Below are positions 1 to 13,329 of a DNA stretch of 64,000 nucleotides, one piece after another. The DNA lies in assembly GCA_964247055.1 (NCBI GenBank), contig OZ176052.1:8184001-8248000 (forward strand). The letters are read 5' to 3'. The first letter of the stretch is position 1. Each line of letters opens with the position of its first letter. A program made the position numbers and the translations under genes. Source of the stretch: Paragordius varius. Taxonomy: Eukaryota; Animalia; Nematomorpha. The notes under the pieces are model-generated. The model was not told where the DNA came from. It worked only from the letters and a program-made list of their open reading frames with translations, and searched no databases.

Positions 1-3
1 TAC

Positions 4-610
<607 letters not shown>

Positions 611-1259
611 GAAAAACAATGTGATTAACTATTATGGCGAATGAGCCTATGAATTTTTCAGATTTGATGATACGACTCTAGTTAAGGATTTTTTTTTAAA
701 TCTTCATAATAACAATTAATTATAAATCCATAATAATTTCATATATCTAAAAAATCAAACATTCAAATGTTTTTAGTTTCATCTAAATTGTATCATTTAT
801 TTATTTCCATTAAAATGTGAATGCATGAGATAAAAGTTTAAGACTTTTTAGGCTAATTGATTTAATTATAAAGATAAACTGCTAATGATATAGCTATTAA
901 AAAAATTTATCTTTATTGAGGGATTTTATTCCCAGGCATTTTGTGATCAAATATTTTACCGAGTTTGAAATAATATGAGAATATATATGCATTTGTATAA
1001 CACACTGCGTCCATTGGGGAGAAAAAAATATCCTATTTGTATTCTGATTAATAAGCGTCTTAAGATTATGGTGTTTTAAGTTTTGATGCCTAGTGGTCAT
1101 ATAAGAAAACAATTTGCACTTTTGTAATGAATGCTTGATACATAGAAATGGTAGTAGCGCACATTTTTTGGTTAAATGCCTTATTCCAAACAATATCATT
1201 GTAGCATATGTTATTGTCAGAGCTAAGATAGGGGCGATTTTTCGCTATTTCTTTAGTGT

Positions 1260-4200
1260 AGTAACGACAGCTTAAACTGTTAGATGTGATTAATATCAAC
1301 GATTGCATTGTTAGCTTGGTTTCTTTAGCTAAATATAGATCCTACGCATTTTACATCATCCACGTTTTTTTGAGCCTTCAACATTGCAGACATAAGCTGT
1401 ACATGTTTTTGGCTCTAGTGATGTGGACGAAGTTAGAAAACTTTATTTTAAGGCATAAGCCGTATAAGAATTTTTCAGGTTTGATTTTATCCAGGATTTC
1501 AGTGTTTTAATCTTATCTTTCCAATTTATCTGCAGCAATTCTCTACAAGACCACATTCGACATTGATATACCTTTCATCTCCTATCTTTGTCCAATTTGA
1601 GGCGTACAGCATGCTTGGGAAGATCAGCGATTTGACCAGTCTGATTTTGGTTTTAAGTTTGATATCGTGGGAAGACCATAGTTTTTGTATTTAATCATAT
1701 TTGCTTTGCCAATTGCTATTCTTCTTTTGGGTGCTATTGTTATATGCGTTGATTAAACTACCAAGATAAATGTATTACATGATTTGGGTACCCATAAATG
1801 CTAAAATATTGGGTGGGGTGATAAAAAAATCGCACATGACTTGTAAACCAAGCGTGGCAAGTTGAGCAAGATTACTTAAGCCAGCAAGCGTACACTTGAA
1901 GATCGGTGATAAAAAAATAAAGTCAAGTCTTTTGCTAATGGATGCAACATTTTTTTGCCACCCAATTCAAATTTTATGGAAAAATTTTTGATCATTTTCA
2001 ACCAAAATTTATAAAATAAGGCACAAAAAGATAAACAATTAATCCAATATGCATTTAGTTTTTCAAACTCACTGGCACGTATCTTATTTAATATTTTCTA
2101 ATTTTTATGCCTGAATAACTTTTAGATTGATGAAGCCATTCGCCCTTAAAACACTTTCCATAATTTTACACTACTTATTTTGTTTGGAGTTCTGTTGCAA
2201 ATATAATGGGAAGATGTTCATACAATATAACCTATTATTATTTTTAATTGATTACCAACATTACATTCGAAATAAATTTATAATGAAATAAATTCTTTAC
2301 ATTAGTTAATAGTGAAGTAACCTTTAGCGTTTAATAAACGAAGTGAAATTTTATAAGATTGATATATAATTATTAATTTTAAGAAATTTTCGAGAATCCA
2401 ATTTTTTTTGCGGTCACGGAGATATATTTAGCATATTTTTATATGCCATGTTTTTAAATATTAGCAGAGTTTTTCCATAAATTTATCCTCTTTTGTATCC
2501 ACTTAATGAATAGATTAATTAGCCAAAATTTATCAAATTAACAATTTATAATAATAACAAAGGTTTGAATTACATATAAAACCTAAATTTTATACATAAA
2601 TAGTTTCCAAAATAATTTTATCCATATTTTAAAATCGGTCAAGTGTGCCCTACACCACACTTGCAAAATCTTTAAGTTTTACTTGATCATATAATTTTTT
2701 ATCACCTCAGAATCAAGTTTTCTTGCTTGACTTAAGTCGTGTAATGTTAAATTTTTATTATCACATGAAGCAAGCCATGACTTGATAGACTTGCAAGTCA
2801 AGTCAAAAAATTTTTTTGTCACCCCACCCATTGTATTGAATTTGTAAGTTTATGTGCATGATTTTTGTTTTATTATAATTGATGTTTAGACCGAATATTA
2901 GACATTCGGTGGTAAATTCCGGAGTAAATAAGATTGTCTCAGATTCGGATAGCATTATTGTGCCGTCAGCGTAATCAAGCGAGGATATTGTGTTGCCAGA
3001 AACTTTTATTTCTAACCATTTGTCTATTTGCCTGTGATGCATTTGATGCAGATGTTGAAAAGAATCGGTGAAAGGACGAAATTTCGAATCCATTGTTCAT
3101 TGGTACCCAGTTACTCGTACCGTGAGGAATCGATATACTCAAAGTTCAATTTGAGTATAAAGTTTTAATTATTTTATTTAGATGATCGGATATTCCGATT
3201 TAGGATAGGGCGCTCTAGAGCATGTCGTGCCTTATGCTATCAAAGGCATTTGTGAAGCCGATGATATATGTGAGTATCGTTTTAATATTCAATTTTTTTT
3301 TCAAGAATCCAACGTATATTGAAAATCATGCCTCTACACGCGGTTTTCTCTGAAACCTGCTTGAGTGTTGACAGTTCAGATTCTATTGTCCCTTGAATGC
3401 GTTTTCGGATGAATTTTATGAAGATTTTGGAAGTTTGAGATATGAAAGATATGGTTCTGTAGTTAACGGATTTCGGATCACTTTTTTTGAAAATCGAAAT
3501 GATGGATTTGTGCTAGTCTTTTGGGAAAGAAGTGTCCTTCAATATTTTTTGAAATAGTTATATGAGGATGTTAATTGGTAAAAGATGAACCACCTCAGTT
3601 GGGATGTGGTTGTATCCATCCGCTTTATTAGGTGAATGCTCACGAGCTTATTTAACTTCATCCTGCAATATTTATAGCACCTCTTGGTATTTTGTTATCG
3701 GGTTCTGGTAAGCTGGATAGAGCTTGACCACATATTTCTTCCAGTGTTAAACTAATAAGTTCGTGTTTGTGATAATGTCTTCAGCTTCATTTTTTATTGG
3801 ACTTTTGTAATATACTTGTCTGGTCGAAGTTTTTATTAAAATTGTCGTTGTTTTTGGCAGCGTTCTCGAGTGTGAGACAGAGATCATTATAGTGGTTAAC
3901 TTTGTACTCACGGGCACTTTTCTGGAACTCCCTCTTAAGTGATTTGTCTTCTAGGAGGTTGTTAGTTAACTTTGCTTGACGACGCTTGGCTGCGAGATCT
4001 ATGTTTTTTTCGCGATAATTTTATTTTTATTGGTATGGTTTTCATGTGGGAATGGATTAGTTGGCTGTACTAATGATTATTTTTTGCATCACTGACCATA
4101 GACCTTCCTATCATCAGGGATCCAATTGTTTTTGTTACCAAGTCCGTTATGTTGCATCCGTGCCAATGATGGGTGGCAGTGAAGTCATCCATTGTAACGA

Positions 4201-4600
4201 GAATCTTTGAATACTTTTTTGATAGCGGTTCTAAGAACGTCGTATGATTGTTCTGAATTATTACCATTTTTAGAATTGGTGGGGGCATAAACCTGGAATA
4301 GAGTAATCGGCTGAGGAATCGTATTCAGTAGTATTGATATGATATCCCTAATACGGTTATGAATCTCGAACCAATTGGCGACTTTGGTTGGTATTAGGGC
4401 CACATCGTTATTTTTGAGAGTTTCGTAACCTAAGCGGAAGAGGATATGATTATCATATTCGATATGACCGATTAAAGGGATTCTGGATTCAGAGATCACC
4501 AGTATTTTGATGCCGTGTTTTTCCATTTCTAAAATCAATTTTGTAAGTAGTACCGCGTGTATTCCATGTTCCTGTAAAAATTTGCATGTTGCGGTATTTA
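1260..4600 (-). mobile_element. Decayed RTE-like non-LTR retrotransposon (APE endonuclease plus reverse transcriptase), interrupted by a MITE; ends approximate
   Basis: APE motifs GTWNTRG (about 4552-4573), ILVISESR and QVYAP; RT motifs YADG and GLNINYNKTKIM (2803-3093), YLGS and KTKIRLVKSLIFP (about 1600-1770), NVEGSKKRG (about 1370). Many stops and frameshifts. Confidence 0.85.
1811..2829. mobile_element. About 1-kb non-autonomous TIR element with a 3-bp ATT TSD, inserted in the RTE reverse transcriptase
   Basis: Termini GGGTGGGGTGA / TCACCCCACCC; imperfect inverted repeat of about 110-130 bp (1811-1925 vs 2695-2829); ATT at 1808-1810 and 2830-2832. Confidence 0.7.
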
Positions 4601-6619
4601 ATTTTGTTTGCAGCAGACATTGTGTATCATAATAAGAAAAGGTTAATAAGGTTGGTAATTTACGGGATGAGGATAAGTGTTTGAGAGATAGGTAAAGTAA
4701 ATTTTTCCAGAGTATGTGGTAATATGAATAGAATGATGTTTATAGTTGTGACCTTAGGGAATGACAAGCGATAAGATCGGAAATATTGTTGGGGTATAGT
4801 GACTTTAAAAGTAGTTGTGACAATGACTTTGAGTATAAAAATGTAACCTAGAATCATCCGATGAAGCGTTATATATATCTACGAGATATATGGTATACTT
4901 TAAGGGTGTAGACTTACCGGTTCTTTCTTCCCACCACTAAATAAGATATACTATTTTTATTAAATTTAATTTTTAGATGTAAGCTTCAAAAGTCACAATT
5001 TTTCTGCTTTTAAAATTTGCTAGTTTTCTTAAAATAAGGCATGTATAGCAAATTTTAGTTGAAGCGTACCTCATTATATTTTGAGGCATGGTGGAAACAG
5101 TATATAACGCTTTAAGATATTAGATAACTACTTTTTCTAAATAATTTGATGACGCTGATATCTATCATCTCAGAATTTAAAAAGGATTTGTTTGCATATA
5201 ATGTGTGATTTTTTACAAAAATATAGTTCACATTTAATATTAATTTGATTGCGAATTGTGTTTCTATCCTAACATTTCTTATTTATCTAACTAAACTTTT
5301 AAATGAATATAAATTTTTTATATGCGAAAACTGTATATCTTTATTATTTTTAAAAGATTTCATTATTTAATTTAAAACATGTAAGTTTTGTGAGAAGATT
5401 AATATTCAGGAACCAAAAAAGTTTTTTTTAATTATAAACATCAATAAATAAATAATAAAGATATTAGGTAAAAAAATAAAAAAAAGATAAATACATCCAA
5501 ACATTACACTGCGAGTATAAAAAATAACCTGATGAAATATATATATTCTAATAGGTATAGGATAATGTATCAGGATTATCCTGATGGTTTTGGTTTTGGC
5601 CGTACGAGTGATAGAAGAAAGTTATTTACATTTTGTGATATGTGCTCCATATCAGAAAAGGGCAAAATTTGAGCACATTTTTTAATAAAACTTTTTGAAA
5701 CTATCTATAAAATGCCAAATAATATTTTTAAAATATTATAATTTTTAGTGGACTTTGAAAGTCCCAAATTTTTATGCTCTTCTAAAATGGGCTAGTTCTT
5801 TTAAAGATTATTCATTTGTTTATAAATTTATGTTAATTGTCAAATATTTTTTTCACAAATTCACCAAATCCGAAAGCAAAACCTTAAATAAAATTCAGAG
5901 GTGATTGAAATGTTCAGCATCATCGAACTATATAAGAAAAGTGTATTTTATCTTAAAGTGATTCCATACAGTTTCCATCACACCTCAAAATGGTACGAAG
6001 GATGATTCAACATTTTGCTATAAATTAATATTTATAACAAAATATCCAGTTTTTAGCAAAAAACTATTTTTAAAAATTCAGTATTTTAAAATTTTATTTC
6101 GCAATCTCGATATTTTACTTTTATTTTATGAGAGCTGGCTTCTTAAATGGGCAAAAATTAGGTTTCAAAGCCTTTATCTAAATTAAGTTGTAAAAAAATA
6201 TTGTTTCGCTTTATATAGTTTTTACAATATTTATTGATTTTGAAATGAAAAAAAATTGCGCAAATTTTGCCATTTTTCGATATGAAGCATTTACCGCAAA
6301 AGAGAAAAAAAACTTTCTTCACAAGTTAGGGTCAAAATCAAAAGCATTATGATAATAATATATTATCATATATTTGATTATGATATTTTTTTACCTACAC
6401 TCAGTGGCGAAATTATAAATTGTGCCCCCCCTCCCCGCAAGATTTAAATACAGGCCCTCCCCTTCTCCCCCAAAATCGTTTGCAGATATCTTTTCACCTG
6501 GCGCATCACTTAGATTCGTTTAAAAATGATAATATTTACATGACTTGGCATCCTGAGTCTAAAAGTTTTGCGTTCCTGGTATTTTTATATATGATAATTA
6601 GTACCCACCCGCAACCCTA

Positions 6620-7560
6620 AAAACTTGGTTCATTATACAAATTTCGCTAAAAGTTGAGCCTGACTTACAAAACTACCATTTTAGATATTATCCAAAGTTT
6701 CACGATGACCATGGAAAGACAGAGAATTTCTTGACAAGATGATGTTTTAACTAATCTCTTTAAACATTAACCCAAAAATTGTTTCGTTGTTTAAGTTGTT
6801 TTTAAAGACCCGCATCGTTTTACCCTCTTTCCATTTATCATAAATAGAGCAGCAGTCCTTGTGACACTTACTTCCTTCTTAGAATTTTTGATTAGCGCCT
6901 TCCAATTCCTCACACCCTTTCTCCAAATGTCCTTACTGCATTAAAAAACAGCCAGCACGGTTCACAATAGGCTGTATCCAAAATTAGACTGTAACGTATC
7001 CATGTTCTGTTTAAAACCCCAGATTTAGTGTTCTTTTTGTAATAGGTTTCTGAAAAGCAACGATTTTCTTGAAAAGGATCTCTTTTAAAATAACCTGGGG
7101 GACGATGTGAATTAAACGATACCAGAATTCGTTTTTCTTCATTTGATAACTCTATATTTTTATAATTACCCATATCGGAATACTCTTAAATCAAACGGCT
7201 TAAACTACGTTCCACATTAGTATGACTCAAACTATCCATATCATCTACACTTTTGTTGCTAATCACTACCGTTATCTCATTTGAGTTGAGCTAACATGAG
7301 GGCTAGGTTCAATAGTATAACTCGAAATATCCAAAATTATCTACACCATTGCTGATCTCAACTGTTTTTTGTTTCTCGTGTGAGTTAGCATTAAAAGACG
7401 CATTTGTCGAAATGGGTTTTAAAAAATCTGTCATTTTTTTCATTTTTGAAACGCTTGCGTTTTCCTTCGCTCTTTTTCGTTTTTGGGCTCCGCTTAAGTT
7501 TGGCACTAAGAAATAAAAAAATCGTTTAGAATTAAATATTTTGTAATAAAATTTTAACAA
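6620..7560 (-). pseudogene. N-terminal half of a ZMYM1/TTF-zinc-finger-type hAT transposase; catalytic region missing
   Basis: LSGAQKRKR, RTWIRYS...TAYCEPCWLF, GVRNWK, SFHGHRE and NGSFVSQAQLLAKF motifs, with frameshifts and stops. Confidence 0.75.
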
Positions 7561-7610
7561 CTATGCGATTATTGTGAAAACATAATGCGAATCTCCAAAA
7601 TCTTTTAGTT

Positions 7611-8182
7611 CAGAGGTCGGCAACCCTTCCTTTTGTGCGGCTATCGGGTAACGACCATAATATTTTTTAAATGATTAAACATAAACCATGGCGTGTCACT
7701 TAGATGGGTATAATTATAACCTATTCTATGAAGACTTAATTCCTAATTCATGAATGGGAATTGTTTAGTCAAACTTTCTCGTCTGCATGCTCATATATTC
7801 GTTTTTCATATAAACACATTGTCCACATATGCGCGGAATACGGGCCTACCTAAGAACAGCAGCGGGGAACTTCTTAAATATAAACTAATTGCTAAAAGTA
7901 ATATTTTCGGAATTCGGACAAAAATTTTTTGACAGCTGTTAGCAGAATAATAAAATATTTTTTATGGTAATATGGCTTTTTAAAATTATAACATCAGGGC
8001 TTCGAACCGGTCTCACAAAAGTGGAACTAGAACCGGGCTCTGGTTTAAAAATGGAACAGAAAACAGGAACAGGTCTCGGTTCGAAGGCCTGTTGTATAAA
8101 TGTACTAATTAAATGGAATATGAATGTGCGGAGCGCCAAGATTTTTAAATTTTGAGAAAGCCTGCTGTAATTGCCGACCCTG
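7611..8182. mobile_element. hAT-type MITE nested in the hAT (572 bp)
   Basis: TIRs CAGAGGTCGGCAA / TTGCCGACCCTG; flanks TTTTAGTT and TTTTAGTG (7/8 match). Confidence 0.7.
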
Positions 8183-9551
8183 TTTTAGTGTGTGGTGAAA
8201 GTTTATCGAAAATTTTATGTTTCAAAACTAAAAATAATGATGAAAACTTTCAAGGTTAATAACATTAGAAAAATAATGCACATTAATGTATACCAGCTAA
8301 CAAATGTTGGCCAATTCACCTTACAGTAAAGTATGTGAAATAACAATCATTCTATTTAATGAATTTCCTTCACGATGTATTCATTGAAAAACATTTTTTA
8401 CATTATTGTTATTTCTCATACTTTGCTGTAATATAAATTGGCCTGCCTATTGTATAATCAAAATAAATAAATTGAGATTACTTGTTAAAAAATATTGTTA
8501 TGATGAAAGTTTTCGTTTTTCCCTCCTTTTTTGTTCACTATTAAAACGGCCATGAAGGAACAAACAATATCATTATGGCTAAAAATTAATGGATAGTGAA
8601 AAAAATGCATTTTTTGCTCTTTCAATATTAAAATTTCCATGAACCCATTTCCTCATAAAAAATTAAAATATGTAACTTGCTTTCACACTACATTAAAAAA
8701 CAAAATATATTTTTACGCTATATGAATATATTGTTGCAAATGAGATGTTATTTGTAATTTTTAATTTAACAGAGGCAAAATAATCTGTCAAAATGTAAGT
8801 TTTCATAAAACTATAATACTATATTTTAATAACAAAATAATTTAGGAGTTGAAATTTATAAGCTTCACTTAATTTTTGGTGTTAACTACCTATACTCATT
8901 TATTTATTTAAATTCTTTTCACTTTTTTACGGTTCTAACTGGAGAGAATTTAAAAATATTTAACCGCTTATTGAGAGAGTAAATGCATTTTTTCGCTTTT
9001 ACTTCCTTTCAATCAATAATTATTCTCTTTATTCTTTGCCATACTTATCAGGCATTCACTTTATCTGCAAAAAAAAGGTAATAAATTTTGGGCCCCCTGC
9101 AAATTACAAATAGGGCCCAAATTTAATATAAATGATAAAAAAGAACCCCTGTTTTGCCTTGGGCCTCCCCGCACTGCTCCCCCTAGCTCCCAGTAGTTTC
9201 GCCACTGCCTACACTGTGTAAATTTGATGAAGCCCACATCTATTTAAAATTTATAGTTCATTATGATATCTTTTAGCTTTATTTTTTGGAATGAAGCATA
9301 TACCATTCACCAAAAAGTTTATTATAAAGCCTAGCACAGTGATTACAAAAATTAACCCGTTGAATTATTTTGGAAGCTATCAGGATTATCATAATGCTTT
9401 TGGTTTTAGCCGTTATGATGTTTTAAAAAAGTTATTTACAGTTTGGTAAGTGTTATCAGAATATGGCAAAATTTGCGCACATTTTTTAAATAAAATTTTT
9501 TAACCATGATAAATGCTTCATTACAAAAAAATCACTTAAATATATCATAAA

Positions 9552-11716
9552 TCTATATTTTATAAAAATGGAAAGTGCTGGCTTTGTGATCTGTTTCCAG
9601 AAAACTGGTAGACTGATTCAAATCCAAATATCGAAAAAATATAATCATTAATAAATACCTCGACAATACCTTCGCCCTTTTATTGAATTAGGTCCCGAGT
9701 TCGGGCCCACCCCGTGAAAAAAACTGTTTTTTTGGAAACATAAGTCCACAAAAATCATGTCTTACGTGTTGCGCCATTCAATTTCAGATATCATTTTTAT
9801 TTACTTTTTTTCGATTACGCCAAACATACGGCTCGCTTTTTTAATTTATGCCCTCTTTTTATCCGCTCCCCCCGTAAAATGACATTTTTTTAAAAAAAAA
9901 CAAAGTCCACAAAAATAATTTTTTGCATCTATTTTTCGCCCAAGGTACCAGGTATTCCCTGTTAAAAAGCGAAAATTTTAGTGGTGCGTATCTTTATATT
10001 AGTTGCTGGGCAAGGATATACCCACTAAAAACTGCCCCTATCGAGATAGCGTGCCTTTGGGGCTAAATTTCAGAATACCTATCAGGCCATATGAACTTAA
10101 TAGGTGCTTAAAATATCGTCCGTAACAAAAATTTAGGTCGTACGGTTTTTTTAGAATTAGCCGTTAATTAGGCCCTTCACGCCCTGAAAAATGCGCCACC
10201 ATAGAATGATTTTTTAGTTTTGAGGCAATTTTTCCAAAAACTAATGAGAGCATATGGAATCAATCATGATTTCAGGTATTCTCCGTAAAAAGGCAAAAAT
10301 TTTAATCAAGCGCTTTTTTGGATCAGCCTATGGGTAGGGAGCCATCCGCCTAAAACTGCGCCACCATATCGAAATTGCGTTGTTTAGGAGAATTTTTCAG
10401 ATACTTATCAGGTCACAAAGTTTAATAAGGGCCTGAAATATTACCCGTAAAAAGGCAAAAATTTAAGTCGAGCGGTTTTTTAAAATTAACCTTTAATTAA
10501 GCCCTTTACGCCCTAAAAAATGCGCTACTATTATTTAGTTTTGAAGCCATTCCAAAAATTATTAAGAACATACGGAATAAATAATGATTCCAGGTATTCA
10601 CTTATAAAGGCAAATTTTTTTATCGAACTTCTATATTAGACCATGGGCAGGGGGCCACTCACCAACAACTGCGCCACCATATCGATACAGCGTGACTTAG
10701 AAGGCAAATTTTAGAAAACCTATCAGGCCATAGGAGTTCAATAAGGGCCTGAAATATTACCCGTAAAAAGGCAAAAATTAAGTAGAGCGGTTTTATTAAA
10801 TTACCCCTTAACCCTTGGCCTGAAAAAGGCCCCACCATAGAATGAATTTTGGTTTTGAGGCAAGTTTTCAAAAATCCCACGAGAACATATGGAATCAATC
10901 ATGATTCCAGGCATTACCCGAAGTAAGACAAATATTTTAGCGTTTTTTTGTTTCACCCCTGGTTAGGGGACTACCCGCCTAAAACTGAGCACTATATATT
11001 GCATTGTTTTGGAGATTTACAAAATATTTATGAAGCTATAAGAGCTCATTAAAAGCTTGAAATATTACCCGTAACTAGGTAAAAATTAAGATCAGTGTTT
11101 ATTTATTAGCCGTTAATTTGGAACCTTATGCCCTGAAAATACGCCATTATATAACGATTATTTAGTGTTGTATTTTTGCGAATAACCCATGAGAAGATGG
11201 TAGATGATTCCAAATATTTTCCCTATAAACGCAAAGATTTTAACTCAGCGCTTTTTCCACATAGATCTATGGGTAGGGGTTTACCGGTTTAATACTGAGA
11301 TGCCATATAAAAATGGCGTGGTTTTGGAGCTGATTTTCAAAAAACTTAAGAAGCCATATGAGTTCAGTTAAAACATTTCTGGGAGATTTGTTCAATATTA
11401 TTCTTTTCTTTAAGAGACCACAAATGATTTACTTTTTATATCCCTGAGCTGTGTGAACACAATTTCAAAATAAAACTTTTATCATGATTTCGTAAAGAAA
11501 TTAGGTCAATACTAACTTTAATAAGGGACAGTTTAAATAGGTCAATTTGGAGGAAACAATATTTGAGCCTATGCCGAAACACGTAAAATAATAATTAATG
11601 ATATTTAAATATGTTTTTTATTATTTTTTTAACTCCATTACCTCTTTTTATTGAAAATTAGTAAGAATAAATATCGGAGAGACTACGTCACAGCGAAGCG
11701 TGACAGGGCCAGCTAG
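9552..11716 (+). mobile_element. Non-autonomous Helitron (2165 bp) carrying an internal tandem array
   Basis: 5' TC after A (9551); 3' hairpin GTCAC-A-GC-GAA-GC-GTGAC followed by CTAG (11713-11716) and T; no TSD; 5' region homologous to 36085-36504. Confidence 0.8.
9940..11350. repeat. Tandem array of about 4.5 units of 305-325 bp, each made of two diverged 155-165-bp monomers
   Basis: GAAATATTACCCGTAA-type motif at about 10110, 10435, 10751, 11059; CAGGTATT-type motif at about 9949, 10273, 10591, 10908, 11211. Confidence 0.75.
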
Positions 11717-13329
11717 TTATTTATAATTAGTAAAACTATATTTTTAAAAAAATTTTATTTTTAGATGTGGGTTCCGAAAGTCCAATATATTTTCGCTGTT
11801 CTAAAATAGGCTGTTCTCTTAAAGTAAACAAAAAAAATGCCGGGATTGTGCGCTAACAATATTAAATATATGCTAAAATTTGACATAATATTTAAAAAAT
11901 GCGCCATTTTTTTAAAAAATTTAATTTTCATCAAATATTTGTTGAAGCTTATACTCCTTTGATGCATGATGGAAACTGCATGAAAACGATAAATATTTTG
12001 ATACTTTTTCTATAATTCAATAAGCTGAATATTTTTATTACCTCAGAATTTTGATTATATGATTGGTTCTTCTTCAAATAAATGCTTAATTTTAATATTT
12101 ATTTTTTTTACAAAATTACAGCAAAATTTTAAAGTAAACAAACCTTTTAAAATTCTGCAGCGATAGAAATTTTGAGGTTATATAAATAAACTGTTTCAAA
12201 TCCAAAAGCGCTTTTATACCGTTTTTAAAATGCCCCAAATATATTTAAAATTATGATCGCCGATTTCGAACACAGTGTAATGTGAACAATATTTATTATT
12301 TTCTATTAGTTTCCACAAAGGAGGGAATAACTTTTTAATCACTCACAATCCAAAAACGAAAGAACCATGAGCCCATTTCGCTCAAATTATACATATTTAA
12401 TGATACTTTAATGTTACATTTTACATATTTTTTTTAGCATGAAGCATTTAGCTTCTTCCCAAATATTTTTTTATATCCAACTCCAATTCGTTTTATGCTA
12501 TTTAGTGTAAATATCTATATTATTTCTTTTTCCTTACGCGTAATGTCTGAAACCAAAAGCACCATAAAAATCCTGATATTTTTTGCCATGAAAAATATAT
12601 TTTGAAATATTTTTTTGTGAAAGGTTAGAGGGAAATCTTTCAAAATGATTTCAATAATCTCAATATATTATAAAATAATCAACTAAACAGGGCTGGTGTT
12701 GTCGGCTACATCATGTTCAATGGAACTTTAATTTCTAAAACATGTTTGATTTATAATATCATTTGATATTTGTCACAACATTTTTCTTTTTAAAGGTAAC
12801 TTGCATAATAGAAGTCTATTGCATCTCGAGATATTAAATAAATAAGAAACCTAATTAAAATAGCATTAATCGAATGCTTGAACAAATTGTACGGTAAATT
12901 AGAAAAAGATTTTAACAATACCTAACAGAGTACCTAATTAACAGAATACCTCTCACTAAAAATACTATTTAATAAATTTCCTAAATATACCGATATTAAC
13001 AAATATTTATAAATATTTAAAATTATAATTGTACACAGATATATTATTTTATAAATATTACATATTATATTTGTTTTTTATATTATATATAGGTCACTTT
13101 ATTAAAATACTTTAGAGTCATATAAGCATCTGCTTAAAGGGTTGTTTATTTTCCTCACAAAACACATGTACATATGATTTAAAATTTAGTTTCTCTACCC
13201 ACATTTTGCATATAGTTAATATAGTCAGTTTAATATTAAAGTCCCAGAACCTTTTAGGACTATATTTATTTTTTATTTGTAAATAAATGTACATATATTA
13301 AATTTAATATATTTAAAATAAACCTATCC

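Larger units (their letters stand above)
6402..9207 (-). mobile_element. Internally deleted hAT DNA transposon (2806 bp)
   Basis: TIRs CAGTGGCGAAA / TTTCGCCACTG; exact 8-bp TSD CCTACACT at 6394-6401 and 9208-9215; carries a transposase N-terminal remnant. Confidence 0.92.
5507..9218. mobile_element. TA-flanked CAC...GTG MITE-like element (about 0.9 kb net), split near its right end by a hAT
   Basis: TA-CACTGCG left end and GTG-TA at 9216-9220; long imperfect TIRs (5507-5700 vs 6240-6400) resembling the 50403-51562 copy. Confidence 0.65.
9335..12620. mobile_element. Second CAC...GTG family copy, split by a Helitron; right end approximate
   Basis: Joining 9551 to 11717 restores a sequence colinear with 50570-50680 (AAATGCTTCATT...GATGTGGGTTCCGAAAGTCC). 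Confidence 0.6.

Noticed and set aside
897-1510. Short ORFs at 897-1199, 1090-1308 and 1286-1510 as genes
   Set aside because: No recognisable domain; the right part is the decayed 3' end of the RTE element.
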